This document shows positions 38,401 through 51,322 of a stretch of 64,000 nucleotides of DNA, piece after piece; the first letter of the stretch is position 1, and each line of letters opens with the position of its first letter. The translations under genes were made by a program, and so were the position numbers. This DNA comes from Lobosporangium transversale (lineage: Eukaryota), in assembly GCF_002105155.1 (NCBI RefSeq), contig NW_019028981.1:1488001-1552000 (forward strand). The letters are read 5' to 3'. The notes under the pieces are model-generated. The model did not search any database and was not told the origin of the DNA. It saw only the letters and a program-made list of their open reading frames with translations.

Positions 38401-38658
38401 TCAAGACCACCGAAAGGACCTTTGCTGGGTCCAGGAGGAGGGGGAGAGACAAGCCGGCAACAACAGTAGGACACAATCTACTACAAACATGACTAGGTCC
38501 AGAAAGGCCTCCGTCTTAAAAAAATTGTAAGTATTGGCTTGATAATACTTTTTTTTCTTGGTTAATTTATTTATTTATTTATTTATTTCTGTGTTCTAAT
38601 ACATTTCTTCTTTTTACAATAGATGGAATGTCTCGTTTTTTAATGGGACGGACTATAT
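35489..38658 (+). mobile_element. Fanzor-carrying element A, copy 2 (3170 bp)
   Basis: Reverse complement of 24783-27952 with no indel offset; different flanks on both sides. Confidence 0.85.
36661..38469 (+). pseudogene. 5'-truncated Fanzor/TnpB-like RuvC nuclease, family A, copy 2
   Basis: TNGLTLTLLAYDT, INWKQRSRLLENVE, GTDPG, CHEYYTS, Zn finger and DRDAVGAENI. Intron 37957-38034 is at the same position as intron 3 of gene B. In-frame TAA at 36955-36957. Confidence 0.88.
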
Positions 38659-38680
38659 ACTGACGTCCTAGTAACATTTC
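38470..38680 (+). ncRNA. Candidate Fanzor omega-RNA region, copy 2
   Basis: Conserved non-coding 3' end with predicted intron 38527-38622. UCCGUCUU (38510-38517) is complementary to GGGACGGA (38645-38652). Confidence 0.45.
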
Positions 38681-39166
38681 ACAGATCCAATTCAATAAAA
38701 AGATACGATGTCGCTACATCATAATCTCAGCGCGCATACAAAATAGCATGAGACACAACTTGATAGTTCATCAATCACTATCATTGCTGCCCATATGATC
38801 AATTTGATCAGAGCTTGCATCCAAACAGTCTTCGGTAGAAACAGCACAGTCTTATAGAAACATTATATAATGGTATCAGCCTTTGGTACTTTTGCTACCC
38901 TTACAACCTTTTCCCCATGGTCTCTTTAATATTTAAAATTAAAAGCAGAGAGAGGAGAGGAAAAAAAAGAAAATTGTGACGATAAAAAACTAAAAAAAAA
39001 AAAAAAAAAAGAAAAGAAAAAAAGAAAAGAAAAGAAAAAGAAAAAAAAAGATAACGATTATAATAACAATTACATCTTGAAGAAAAAAAAAAAATAAATG
39101 CATGTGAATCTGTATACGCCTTTGTATGAAAATATGTGTCAATGACTGCAGCACGAGTAATCTTGT

Positions 39167-42100
39167 CTATCGCTTCCATGAACGCTCGTCTTGGTCATCT
39201 TCACTCTCGTATCCTGCTTCGGCTGCTGTTGTAACAGCACCGCCTGGTGCTGTTGCTGCTGGTGTTATGTTTGCACCGCTAGTAGTCCCAAAGCCTGGGG
39301 ATTTGAAAGTAGATGTTGATGTTGCTACTGGTGTCGTCTGAGGCTCAGAGATCCATCCAAGTTTTAACGGACTAGTAGCGTTAGGCACTTGGCTGCCATG
39401 TTGCATCGCCTTTTCAGCCTCCACGCGGGTCTTGTACTGAACAGTTGCTGATGTGCCATCAGCCCCCAATGTAAAAGATTCAATTTCGCCAAACGCCTAT
39501 AATGGGTGTGAGAAATTATTTATAAACAACCATTGTAATTCAACTCGCCACATCCCAATAGTGTCTCTGGAGAAAAAGTAATAGTGTCAAAGATATTCAC
39601 CTCAAAATGCTCTTTAAGGCCTTCCTTAGAAGCCTCTTCGATGTTACTAACAGACAGCTTTGTAGATCGATTATCAATCCTAAATGTACGGTTGTGGGAT
39701 CCACCTCGCGTCCAAGTATTTGAGGGTGCTCCCCGACCGCGGCCACGTGGGAGGAAGCCACCACGACCTCTACTAGCATATCCTCCTTGATTTTCCAGAC
39801 CTAATGCAGCAGCCTAGTAAAAAAAAAAAAAAAAAAAAAAGTTACTATTAAGTTGATTTTATGATAGGTGTATATAATTCAAGAGCTGACCATATACCTG
39901 GGCTTGTAGTGCTGCAAGTTTCGCCTTCAACGCGGCCGTGGTCTCTGTCGCATCTGAGCTGGATTCAGATGCAGCTGAGTTGGTTGTCGTAGAAGCAGTG
40001 GGTTTGGCATTCAGGGCCTCCAGCTCTCGATCAAGTCTTTCTCTTTCCTTCTTTTCGGCTTCTTTCTGAAGCTCGGCTTGTCGCTGTGCCTCAGCAGCAG
40101 CAGCAGCAGCGCGAGCCTTCTCCAGAGGATCCACAGGTTCTTTAGTGACTTCAATCGCTACATTCTTCAATCCCTTCAAAATTTCATTCTTGTCCTCCTC
40201 AGACATATTCTTGTTTGCAATGATTTTTGCCAATAACACCTTTTGCTCTTCTTGCTGGCGTTGGATGAGTGCTTCCCTCTGGCGTTGAATCTCCATCATT
40301 GCCTTTTTGTTCTCATCCGCTTTAGCTGCTTTTGCTGCACGCTCTGCTGCTAACTCTGCAGCGCGCTCTGGGGTCATAAGGACGCTAGTTGGGGGCGCTT
40401 TGGATGCTGCATGCTGGCCATGATGGGATGTATGACTTGCGCTAGCATTTGTCTCAGGTCGAACTTGCCCTGCAGGTTTAGGCTGACGCCCAAAGGTTGC
40501 TGAATCTAGATCATCAGGCTGCCAATAGACTTTAACAAAACGGTTTCCAAATATCACATCTGGAGAATTATATGCAGCACTAGCCTCTTCCCGTGTGCTA
40601 TACTGAATCAGAGCCTTATGCATTGGCTGATCAACCTGAATATTGGTCAGATTTCCAAACCGTTTGAAAAACTCGTTCACTTTGTCAATTGTGTTAAACT
40701 CATCAGGGATATGCTCCACTACAAGTGATGTTTTGGTTGTTGCTGTATTTGATGCACCATTGAAACGCCCAGGAGTAGAATAGGGGTGCGAGCCACTACT
40801 TCGACCACGACCACGCATGCCTCTCAGACTGCCACGACCACGTATATTTCCACGACCCGATGCTTCTTGGTTGTAGCGAGCTCCCTCTTGTGTGCCTTGC
40901 TGTGGAGGCTCAAGAGCTGGTCTCAAAAGACCCAAATCATCTGTGGATAGTGATGAAACTTCAGGGTTGTATGCATCTGATGGGTTAGGTATAGGCGCAT
41001 TATGGAGTGGATCAGGAAAGAATGGAGGATGGCCGCCTCCCACACTCATTTGATTATTGGGCCCTATACCTGGAGCCATTCCAAGGATATTGAAAGGTCC
41101 TCCAGGCATATCACCAACAACGATCCTATCTTCGCCATGATCATACGGACACATATCTCCCCGCATACAGTATCCCTTTTCTAGAAACAAGAAATAGAAG
41201 CAAGAATAATGTTAATAAAGAAATAAAATCAAAATACTAATCCTAATGATCGTACATATATATATCACTACAATGCGATATATTACAAATAACGTACCAT
41301 CATAGTCGCGACACCTTTGGCGTCTCCTCTCCTGCCCAAATCCCGGCCCTCCTTGAGCACTACCTCGTCCTCCACGCATGTTGTCGCCTCCCCGCCACGG
41401 CCCTTGGTTCTGCTCTTGGAAAGTGCCACGGGGACCATTATCGAAATTTCCACGAGGACCATTGTCAAAGTTGCCTCGATTGTACTGCTGTCCGTTCCAT
41501 TGTTGGCGCTCGGCATTATGATTAAAGCCGGGTTGATTATTATTGTTATTCATTCCATTAAAGTTATTACGGCTATTGAACCCTGCGGTTGTCAAGCCAT
41601 GCTGTCTTATGCTGCGATCTCCACCACGACGATCATAATCGGAGTGTCCATTAGGATTCCCTCCATCGCTTGAACGACCACGTCTTGTGCTATACCGATC
41701 ATCGTCGCTTGGACGAGAGGGACTGTATTCTCGGCGTCGGCGATCAGAGTCGCGGCCATCATCACGGCGAGCATGCTTAAAACTCCGATCCTCGTCATCC
41801 GAGACGTCACTGTCTCCACGATGGTGCTTTTCAGGACCACGTGAAGACGGGATCTCATAATTGTCACGGTCAGCAGCAGGCCCAGTAGGGATGTATTCAT
41901 CGTCATAAATGGCAGCTCCACCTGGTAAAGCTGAGGAAGTAGCTGTAGTGCCTTTTGATGGTGATGTGGCTTCTGCCAATGCTGTGGTTCCTCGGATGTA
42001 TGATTTGGACTCCAACACCTGGAAGAGTGAAGTTACAAAGCGTTCCGTTTCTGATAAGATTTAATTGCAATAAGAACGCGAAGAAGGTCCGTCAAAATCA

Positions 42101-42467
42101 TGCTACTAGTTCGGGGTATATCTGCAGCGTGTAGCCTCTACAACATTCATAATCTAAGACCTGAACAAGTAGCTTACCATTGGTCAAAAAATCCTCAAGT
42201 TGTGAGATACACAGAGCCTGAAGCTCAGCATTATTCTTATCATGCTTAAGAAGAGCAATAATGTAGTCCGCCAACATGGAAGGATCAGCGTCCGAGCTAA
42301 GATTTAATCATTGATAACGTAAAAACCGATTAGCCATTTGACAAAGAGGATTGCAATGAAAAAGAGTGCCCATGGCAGCTTTGGGATGAGTGTCTAGCAT
42401 ACATAAGGGTCAGCTCCTTAGTAAGGTGGGCCTTCAAATCATCGTGAGCGGCATCGTCGAGATGCAT
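39167..42467 (-). CDS. RBM26/RBM27-like RNA-binding protein (PWI, CCCH zinc finger, two RRMs), multi-exon
   Basis: SDADPSMLADYIIALLKHDK (PWI), RCRDYD/EKGYCMRGDMCPYDHG (CCCH), LVVEHIP...FKRFG...IFGNRFVKVYW (RRM); ends ERSWKR. Confidence 0.92.
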
Positions 42468-43635
42468 GATTGTGTTCTAGGATTCTTTTGGAAATTAGGT
42501 TGTGAAGATCTTCGTTCGGTCGCGTAGCCCTGCAGTTGTTTTTCCTTAAAACTACGGTTAAGAGATCAACTGTTTCCGACGAGAGTCTGACAATTTGCAA
42601 TGTTGAAGAGTGGTGTTTCTCTAAGTACAGTCAGCGATGAAAAAGAATGATCGCTGAGCTCACGAAGGTACTAGCAGAGAAGACAGAATTGATGTCAAAA
42701 TGAAAACAAGACAAAAAATGTAGGAGAAATGTAACCACACACTTCACTGGCAATAGATGCATATCATTGTCCATAGTCAAGCCACTCTATCACATGATCA
42801 ATTGCGTTATTTCCTTGGAATAATCTTCCAATAAAGAATCATTATTTCCGTAAAGCCTAGGGTCTCTGGGCACACTCGTCTTGAGCATAAAAATTAGAGT
42901 TCGAGGGTGACTGGAGCACGTCCATAATTGAAATATGGATTCTTTTTTTACTGAATCGCCACAGCTTAATTCCGGGTAGCGGCCCTATGGAGACTAGTAG
43001 GTAGTCTTTCTTTATGCGATCCATATGCGCGAAAGTGTGTCGAATCGCATCAATACTCCAAACCTTGGACTTTAGTGAAGCTCACTTTGAACTCACTATC
43101 CGAAGCTTTTCTAAAGGACGGTGTCCTTGGGGGCTTAGGATTATCACCCTAGGAAAGTACTCGAAAAATATGCTTAATCCTGGATGGATGAAATTATCAT
43201 GACGTCCAATTCCTTGTATTGGGATATGTAGTCAGGAGATAGCCCTCAAAGCTTTTGAAATCTTCCCAGGCCGCCCCATAGCCAAAGCCATTTCGATGAA
43301 TGTAGCCCATCCACATCACTCTTTGACTTGAAAAATAAGCTGCGCTTTCAGTTTCCTTACTTTTCACTAAAGAAATAAGAGGAACAATAAACCCCTGTTT
43401 GGCAACGAAAATCTGTATTCATCATCTTACATTCAGTATTATCGTTCGCCACGTAATGAAGCTCTTGGATGGCAAAAAGGATAAAAAAAATCTCGTTCTA
43501 GGTCACTATATGCCAAGATGAGTTGATGCTTGCGATAGTCTCGGAATTAGCGAATTTTGATCGTGCTTACAAACACAAGAAGATATTCATATATTCAAAT
43601 AGGCATTTGAATTCGAGGATATGAGTCTGAAAACG

Positions 43636-43668
<33 letters not shown>

Positions 43669-43769
43669 AGCCGCGCCGTTTATCAATCAATTGGATTACT
43701 TTAATTTCAAAACAATCGCTACTCGACCTTTTTTTTTTATCCATATTTTTATTTTATTCTTCTCTCGAT

Positions 43770-46700
43770 CTAAAAATGTCTCCCAATGCTCACTAGTGCC
43801 GTCTTTTTCTTTAACTGCGGCATCAAGATGTTCTTGTACGCTAGGCCATACGCTTTTGGCAACCCATCACTATCTAGATGAAAGTTCTCCAGTTCACTTT
43901 CCAACGGTACAGCCATGACAAATGCTCTGATGGCTTCATTTTTCATAGGGGTATCAGGACCAATCCGAAGATATTTGAGTCGCTTAAAGTCAATTTCCTG
44001 CGCCAGTGTCATCCAGCCTTGGTGGCTGAGATTGACTTTATGTAGTTCAATAGTCTTGAGTGGTTGTTGAGTTTTATTCAGAAGCGACCGAGTCCAGGTC
44101 AGATCCTTCGTTGCTGCCGCAAATGGCCCACTGAGCCTCAGTTCTTGGAGTAACACCATATTGGAGGACTCAGGCATGCGTTTTTCCAATTCTGTAAGGA
44201 CCGCCTTCGTAGACTCACCATAGAAATGAATTTCTGTAATCTTGGTCGCAACCTTGGCCATGAACTCGCTGACACGAGTCGCATTCTTTGAGATAACTGT
44301 CCCTGTGAGTCGGAACTGCTGCAACGGCGTCCGTAATACCACCTTGGCGAGTTCATCTAATGAGGACGTAGCAATCGTAAATAGGTCCACAAGCGCAATA
44401 GTTGCTAGCTTGAGCTGACCCTTCCTTGACCGAGTGACTTTTTCAAGGATAGCAGCATCTGTAGCATTGATGTTGTTGATAAATAGTTGTAGCAGACAAG
44501 CGCCAAACTTTTGCAAGAGAGGCCCAATCTTGTCCTCCAGATAGCTCATGATCGAAAGCGTCATTTTGGATCTGTCAGAGACACCGTACCAAACAAATGT
44601 TGACTTGTTGGTCTTGCCCCAATCCTTGCAAAGATGTAATGATTCCATACTTGGGTGGTTGTGCATGAGAGCTTTGAAGTATTCAAACACTTGGCATGGA
44701 TCGTCTTTGCAGGCGATCACAAGCTCCAGCATTTTTAATCTTTTGTTGTTCTTAATCAGCTCTCGGATGCGTGGTCCATCTTCAGGAAATGAGATCCGAA
44801 TATTAACCTCCTTCAACGCGTGGGTCAACAAGTACTCGTTATTACCCGAGTGATACGTTCTCACAGTGATAGCATCATTCTGTCGCCTATTGAAAAAATT
44901 CACCTGACTCTCGGTCGCGTAGTTCTCATCCTCCTCTTCTTCTTCCGATTCTTCTTTAGCATCGTCTCCTTTTGTCTTTTCTTGACCAAACTCAATGTGA
45001 ATGTGGTCCCAATAGGAGGCCTCCAACGTGAGTTTAGATAACGTATGAAATCCTCGTAAGCCCATCCGAATCGCATTGGCAGCGCTGCTTAGATCCGCGA
45101 CCAAAATACCAAGCTGAACTTTAGGTGACATTGACTCCCGAGTGAACCAGGCTACAATAGGGTCAAGGTACATTACACCTTTATATGTAAATAATTCGTC
45201 TACTGTGTCCGTGTTCTCACCTCCTGCAGCACGACGCTCGATTGCACACGCCTGTATGTTCTTGTTCTTGATTGCCACCAGGATGAGATAGTGGTATCGG
45301 TGCCCAAAGATTTCATCTTTCTCCTGAAAATCGTGCTCACGGATATAAATCTTGAGACAAGATACTGAGAGTGAAGGAATCCTACCCAATAGATCCAAGA
45401 CATCCATCGTCGTAAAGTCCCAATCCAAGAAAACCGAAACAGCAGGTATTGCAACCATTTGCTGAACTATGTCAAAGAACTCCTTTGCACGCTCCCTCGT
45501 CCTGATCGTGGCGACAAGTGAGCCTAACCCAACATGAAGGCAACATAGCTTTGAGTCTGGATGATCTTTGAATTGAGATAGGAGCTTTTGTGCGGCTAAT
45601 GGTTTGTGCATATGATAATGTTTATAACACAACCAGCGCAGGTCACCCTCCAATGATCTGAAAGCAGAAAAGTCAGGTATCGGCCGACGAAGAGAGAGGC
45701 CTCCTGTTCGGTAGAAATCTGTTAATTGTGCTCCTGTCAGGGGTGCAATGACTTGAATGTCATTCAGGGACGTATAACCTCTACTAATTAACTGATGACT
45801 AGTCTCTACACCCTGCTCCATCAAGAATTGAATCGATAACATGATTTTCTTGCGCTCATCATTATCCTCGATTGGCGCCATCTTGACAGCACCTTCGATC
45901 GTAACCCCATACAGAAGCATCTCAAGGACAGCCATCATATGAGGACCAAGTTCTTTAGCGTCCTTTGAAAGTGTGTGACCAATATTGTCGAAATCTATGT
46001 GAGGAAGGCAAAGACATGTGTCTGCATTTCCATCGCGCCTATTGGAACAAGGCATGGTCACATTGTCGACCTTGCAAGGAAGATCGCCACATTCGCAGAG
46101 GAAGCAGACCATAAAGTCTTGCCATTTCAAAGCCGTCTTTGTAGTGCGATCACTATAATCATCTGAGCACGGCAGTAAGACAAATAGATGAGGACATGGG
46201 CTATCAAGCCAACCGTAGCGTTGAGCCAGAATATCTTTCCCTCTATGAGCAACAACATCTACGATGCTCAGGTGACAGATAGGTAAGCCTCCCTCCTCAG
46301 TCCACATTGCTTGGACAGCCTTCTCAATGCTCCTAGCTCTTTCTTCCCATGATGAACAATGGCTATAAGCGCCGTGTGTCCTTTGAACCTCAAAAGCTGA
46401 CATTGTGAGCGATGCGCGCCCTTGCTCGAATATCATCTCTTTCGTCCTAATCGGAGTTTTCAGGGTGGAGTTGCTGCCCTTTCTGTCATCCCCTGGTTCC
46501 TCTTCAGCTGGATCGTTGGTTTCTTTCTGATTTTGTTGCTCACACTTTGGCGAATCCTGCTCACACGTGCCTCCATTCTCTGAGGGGAAAGTTGAAGTTG
46601 TTCCCCACATTCGCTTCTGGCGGATCTGATAGAGTTGCCCAAAAAGTTTCCGCTGCTTCTCCTCGATTAACTCTAATTCTAATTCGATACCTTCCCTTTC

Positions 46701-48440
46701 ATCTGCGACCGCTTTGTCATCCGACGTCAGCGTTCCCTTTCGCAATCTGAATTCCAATCGGTCATTGGCTCGTTGTTTCATGGCAGCCAGTCTGGTGATC
46801 TCCTTCTTAAGTCCTTCGGATTGTATAGCCCATGAGCTGTTAACGGTTGTTGAGGTTGCTATTGTACTGGTTGTTGATGCAATTAGCGATGGATCCTGAT
46901 CCTGTCCTACTACTGACTCTTGTTGCTGCTGAATGGCCGATCCTTGATTCGAGTCCATCATTGGTTGCTCTTCTCTGTCAACTGATGATGGCCGCCCTTG
47001 ATCTAGAGCTTGGGATTGAGAATTAATTTCATTCATGTCCGCCTTCATCGCTGAGGATTTTTGCTTAATTTCGGGACTTGAGAGAATTGGATCATTGGCT
47101 GATGTCCGAACCAGCGTCAGTTCCGACTCCAATTTCAAAGGTCGTGGTGATGCACTAGTCTGGTGCTCGAGATGTGAAATCTGTGCCCTTAAATTTGGCT
47201 GCAGCTGCTTTAACAACTTCAACCGCACTTGTCCTTTTCCTGATTTTTGTTCTTGTCGGGAATTCTGTTCTCTTTTTTGTTCCTCTTTGCTTTCGGGCAG
47301 AATCTTTTCATGAGCTACGCTGCCGTAGGCCGCTACCATTTTGTCCACCATGGTCTTTAGGCGAGTATGGGCCAGCACCTGCGCTTCAAGCAAAGTCTCT
47401 TTCTCTACAGCACCCAGTACACCACTTGAAATAATATCCATAGCGGCGTCGACTTCTCGCAATGCTCTAAATATAGGCTCAAGGAGATTGTAAACTTCCT
47501 CTGGTAAGGAGACCCTTAGGTGTTCATAATCAGATGACTTATCCAAGGAACAATTCTTTGTATCGCCGCTTTGATTGGTATCGTTGATAATAACTTTTGT
47601 CATAGGAGCAGTAGCGTTGGGCTTGAGCGTTGGCGTTGAGGGTTCGCTGGCCGAGGGGGTCATGACAGGATCGGGATCATTAACTGTAATAGCTGGCCGG
47701 TAAGCTTCTTCAGCGGCTAGGGTATCAGACAATCTAACTGTGGCCGCTGAGGATTGAGCTTGTAAGTCGAAGGTATTAGGTGCAGTGAGTAGATCATTGG
47801 AGACTGTTGTCGTCGTCAGTTTATTCATGGCAGCAGCTGTCGTCACGTTCGATAATGCATCCTCGTCAAAATCAGAACCCTGATCCGCCTCAGCTGTTGA
47901 GCTTGAAAATGAGAATGGCGTATAGTTGCGAATGAGTGATGACTTTGACTCCGTAGAGAGGAATTGATTTGTTGAGAGGGATGTTTGCCCATAAATAACA
48001 TCCAGCAGAACACCCGGGTGATACTTTATTCCATGCGGCCTGACTCTATGTAAGATTCAAAAAAATAGTCCAATTAGACGATCAGTTGCATGTAAATCAA
48101 CAGTATACCAAAGCAAATATATAATAGGTAAACGTTTGTTAACCGAAACGAGATGGCATGTCTAAACACACTCTTACTTTAAATAAAAACAATGAGATAA
48201 TAAATAAAATACAAGGCAAATTCTTAAAATTTATCCCCCTTACCGATAGAGTCGCTCATCCCTGATCAGAGATACAAAAATATCACCGTGTTGAATACGG
48301 ATCACCCCTGGAAAGCAATGTGTGATGTCGTTCCAGATAATAAACCGATGACCTAATGTCGGATGGACGGCTGTACGGATACGAACCACCTGATCGCCAG
48401 ATCGAAAGCTTTGGTAGTCGCCATCATCATCCATTGCCAT
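43770..48440 (-). CDS. Paralog of 5849-10594, large lineage-specific protein with LRR/RNI-like C-terminus (about 1490 aa)
   Basis: Exon 1 48440-48244 and exon 2 48045-43770 join as RLYR/VRPHGIKYHP. Shared motifs PHLFVLLP, FLCECG, RWLCYKH, DDPCQVFEYFKALMHNHP and DAAILEK. Confidence 0.78.
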
Positions 48441-49083
48441 GTCTCGGTTATCCAAATCCCTTTGAGGTGATATCTGGCGGAATCTATTTCTTTCTTCTTT
48501 TTCCCGGCTTGGATAAACGCACAATAAGAAAGGTGAGAATGTTTGAGATAGAATGTACGGGAACCAAGAAAAAGATTAAAAAGCATGAAAACAAAGTCAC
48601 GTCATGTCACATGATAACTAGCATGGGAACCAGGACAATTTGAGCAATGTCTGTCAAACGTTCATGGTTTACAAACAGAGAATCACATTGGGCCATGTCA
48701 TTTTTGATACGCCTTTGTCTGGATTCCTTCTAGGCATTCGCTAAGAGGACGCGTCACGACTTGCGATAACATGTACCATATTCCACCTTTTAGGTCTTTT
48801 CAATGCCATGCTTCCATTATGAAACCCCAGCGATATTTCTATTTCAGTCGATAGTTGAGATGGACCCCTTAAAAGTATAATTCTTGACCATAGGCGCGTC
48901 GACAGCACCTTGGTCAATGTCTGTAGACCATGCTGCAACGCCTCTGTGAGACAAAGTAAAAAATCTCTTTCGCAACTCCACCTTTAGCTCCTGATTCTTT
49001 ACTTTCTCAGCCATCTTGCATCATCATTACTTTTTTTTTTTTTTTTTTTTTTTACCTCATTCCTAAACGAATCAACATACATC

Positions 49084-50035
49084 ATGGCACAATGGGGTTT
49101 AGAAGACAGACGGGCTCGCATTTGCCTGATCCCTCTTCCAAGCATCCCGCAACTCAGAGCCAAGGCACGCGAGGCTGGAGTTTACATATCTGGGGCTCTG
49201 GTAGGCTAGGCATTGATTATGTATTATCGCTAAGTGCGAGGATCCAAGCTGCCATATCTTCAATATAATGTATCTTATGCTTCGTCTTTACATCTATTGG
49301 TAGTTTGCGCTCGGTTGGTGGTTCTTTATCGACGCATGCGTACTCTCTAAGCATTTTGACGAAACTAACAATGAGAAGAAAGTATCAGTGGAGTTTGTCG
49401 ATTGGGTCCCTGGTATTTGCAGTGCCCTGGGCATGATCATGTATGTTGAAAAGAAAGTAAATGGCTCATGATCTCTACTCCTGCAATTTTCTCATCTTAT
49501 TGAACACATGGATCTGTCTCGTTCATACACCCTTTGTCGCTGTATAGCATCAATTGTGTTGACAAGGAGTCTCTTCGAGGTGATTCATTTTCTTTCTCGA
49601 ACACTGGTGGCATAAGCGTAGCCTGGGCTGCCAGGCTCTTTTTGTTTATTGGTTTTGCTTTCATGGCTGGGGGCCTTGCAGGATCTATTGTAAGTAGTCG
49701 TCCGTGAACAACTAGGTTTGTATGCCCTATGATCTCACACTCAACCTGTTATTGATCAATGTGTCTGATATTTGTGATTCATGCTCTACTAGAGCGTGAT
49801 GTGTATAAAATACCTCATTCCTGACTATGGTGATCCATTCGCGTATTGGGGCATCTGTAACGTAGTCCAGAATTCCCTCATTATGATAAGGTAAAAGAGA
49901 AAAGAGGGGTCCGATTTGATCTTTATATCAATACTCATTTCTAGTACTAATGCTTTGTTTATCGTGTACAGTGCCGCTTTGCTATGGATCACAGTAAACA
50001 CAGAATCAGAGTACCAATACAACTTTACGATCTAG
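49084..50035 (+). CDS. VPS68: Vacuolar protein sorting 68 / TMEM50-family membrane protein, multi-exon
   Basis: GVYISGAL/FALGWWFFIDA, FVDWVPGICSALGMI, INCVDKESL and ARLFLFIGFAFMAGGLAGS; ends ESEYQYNFTI. Confidence 0.9.
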
Positions 50036-50577
50036 GTGAAGCTGCGGAGCTGTCTAGACGATGGACATTTTGGAGAAAACAAAAAGAAATCGTAGTATCA
50101 GAGATGTAGTTCTCGGTGTGTATAATAAATAACTTATATTCTAGTTTCGCTGCTGCGGTGCAAGTGCGAATTTTGTGGCAATGTGCACTAAGCTTTTTTT
50201 ACTTATTTTTTTAATGGCGTACGCAGCCAAATAAGACAAATAAGGAAAGGAAAAATAATTCCATCTCGCTATTATGCGTTTTATGTCTAACAATGTGGAC
50301 AAATGTAAGTGTGGCTGTTCTGCAAGTCGACTTTGTGCTTGATACATTTGATACATGTGCAATTAGAACGCTTTGCCCTTCAGCCTTGGCCAAGACAATT
50401 GTTCCTTTTTTACAAATCGATCGACTCCTATTTTTATATTCCGCTAAAATCAGATATAAAAAGGCCGATCCATCTTTCTTCATTTTCTTCCTTTACCCCT
50501 TACCAACAAACTAAAGACATCAAAAAGGACCACACTTCTACAGATTACTCTCAACAAACTATAAAAAACAAGTAACA

Positions 50578-50940
50578 ATGACAGCGACTTCTCTCTACAT
50601 TGTCTTTGACAGACACCTCTCCAAGAAACCCATCTTACCTTCCCCATCGATAACACCATCATCCATCTTGATTAAAGACTGTCCGTTCTCAAGAACATCA
50701 AGTGACGATATTGAAGACGCCCTTCCAAATACTGGAATCTATGCCAGACGTGGCAGCTATAGCAGCACAACATCCTCTGGCTCGTTGATACATGACTGTC
50801 GTGCTTGCAATCTTCAAGACGGATTTGATCCCCAGAGTATGTCAAGGACTGAATCCAGGTCTTCTACAACCTCAATATCGTCCACTATGAGTCAAGCTCC
50901 ATCAAGACAACGTCGGGTTCAATGGGTCGATCAAGTGTGA
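50578..50940 (+). CDS. Hypothetical Ser-rich protein, 120 aa
   Basis: ATG in ACAATG context after a TATA-like/CT-rich leader; ends RRVQWVD (RVxW-like). No family recognised. Confidence 0.5.
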   Translation: MTATSLYIVFDRHLSKKPILPSPSITPSSILIKDCPFSRTSSDDIEDALPNTGIYARRGSYSSTTSSGSLIHDCRACNLQDGFDPQSMSRTESRSSTTSISSTMSQAPSRQRRVQWVDQV

Positions 50941-51322
50941 GGCAGATACATATCATCAGCCTAGTTCAGTTACTTCAATCTCCATCATCTTACATTTGTA
51001 TAATACTCAAAATAAAAAGCATTATTTTTTTCCCCCTTATTACCATGCATCATTTTGTCGACGTCATTCGGCCAAGATTTGTACTGTACTTCATTACTTC
51101 CTAGTCATTTCGGAGAAAGTTGAGTTTTCCGAGCAATTGTGTTAATGTGCGAAATGAGCCAAAAGAATAGATCACATTTAATCTGTTTTCTATTCCTCCT
51201 TTTTTCTTGTTCTCCATTTCTCTGTCTTCTTTTATTTCTTTGGCGAGGAAGAATATCAGACTACAGCACTATCTCTTTTTTCACAACAGTATTTCCGGAC
51301 CGTTGTCAACCCCATATACACA

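Noticed and set aside
24783..38658. The 3.17-kb inverted repeats as terminal inverted repeats of one giant DNA transposon
   Set aside because: Each arm is itself a Fanzor-bearing unit. The outer flanks (CCCTGGC and ACTGACG) show no target-site duplication, and no transposase or integrase was recognised inside. Not excluded, but unsupported.
35489..38658. Helitron assignment for element A
   Set aside because: A|TC fits the 5' rule, but the 3' end is CTATAT rather than CTRR, and no Rep/helicase sequence is visible.
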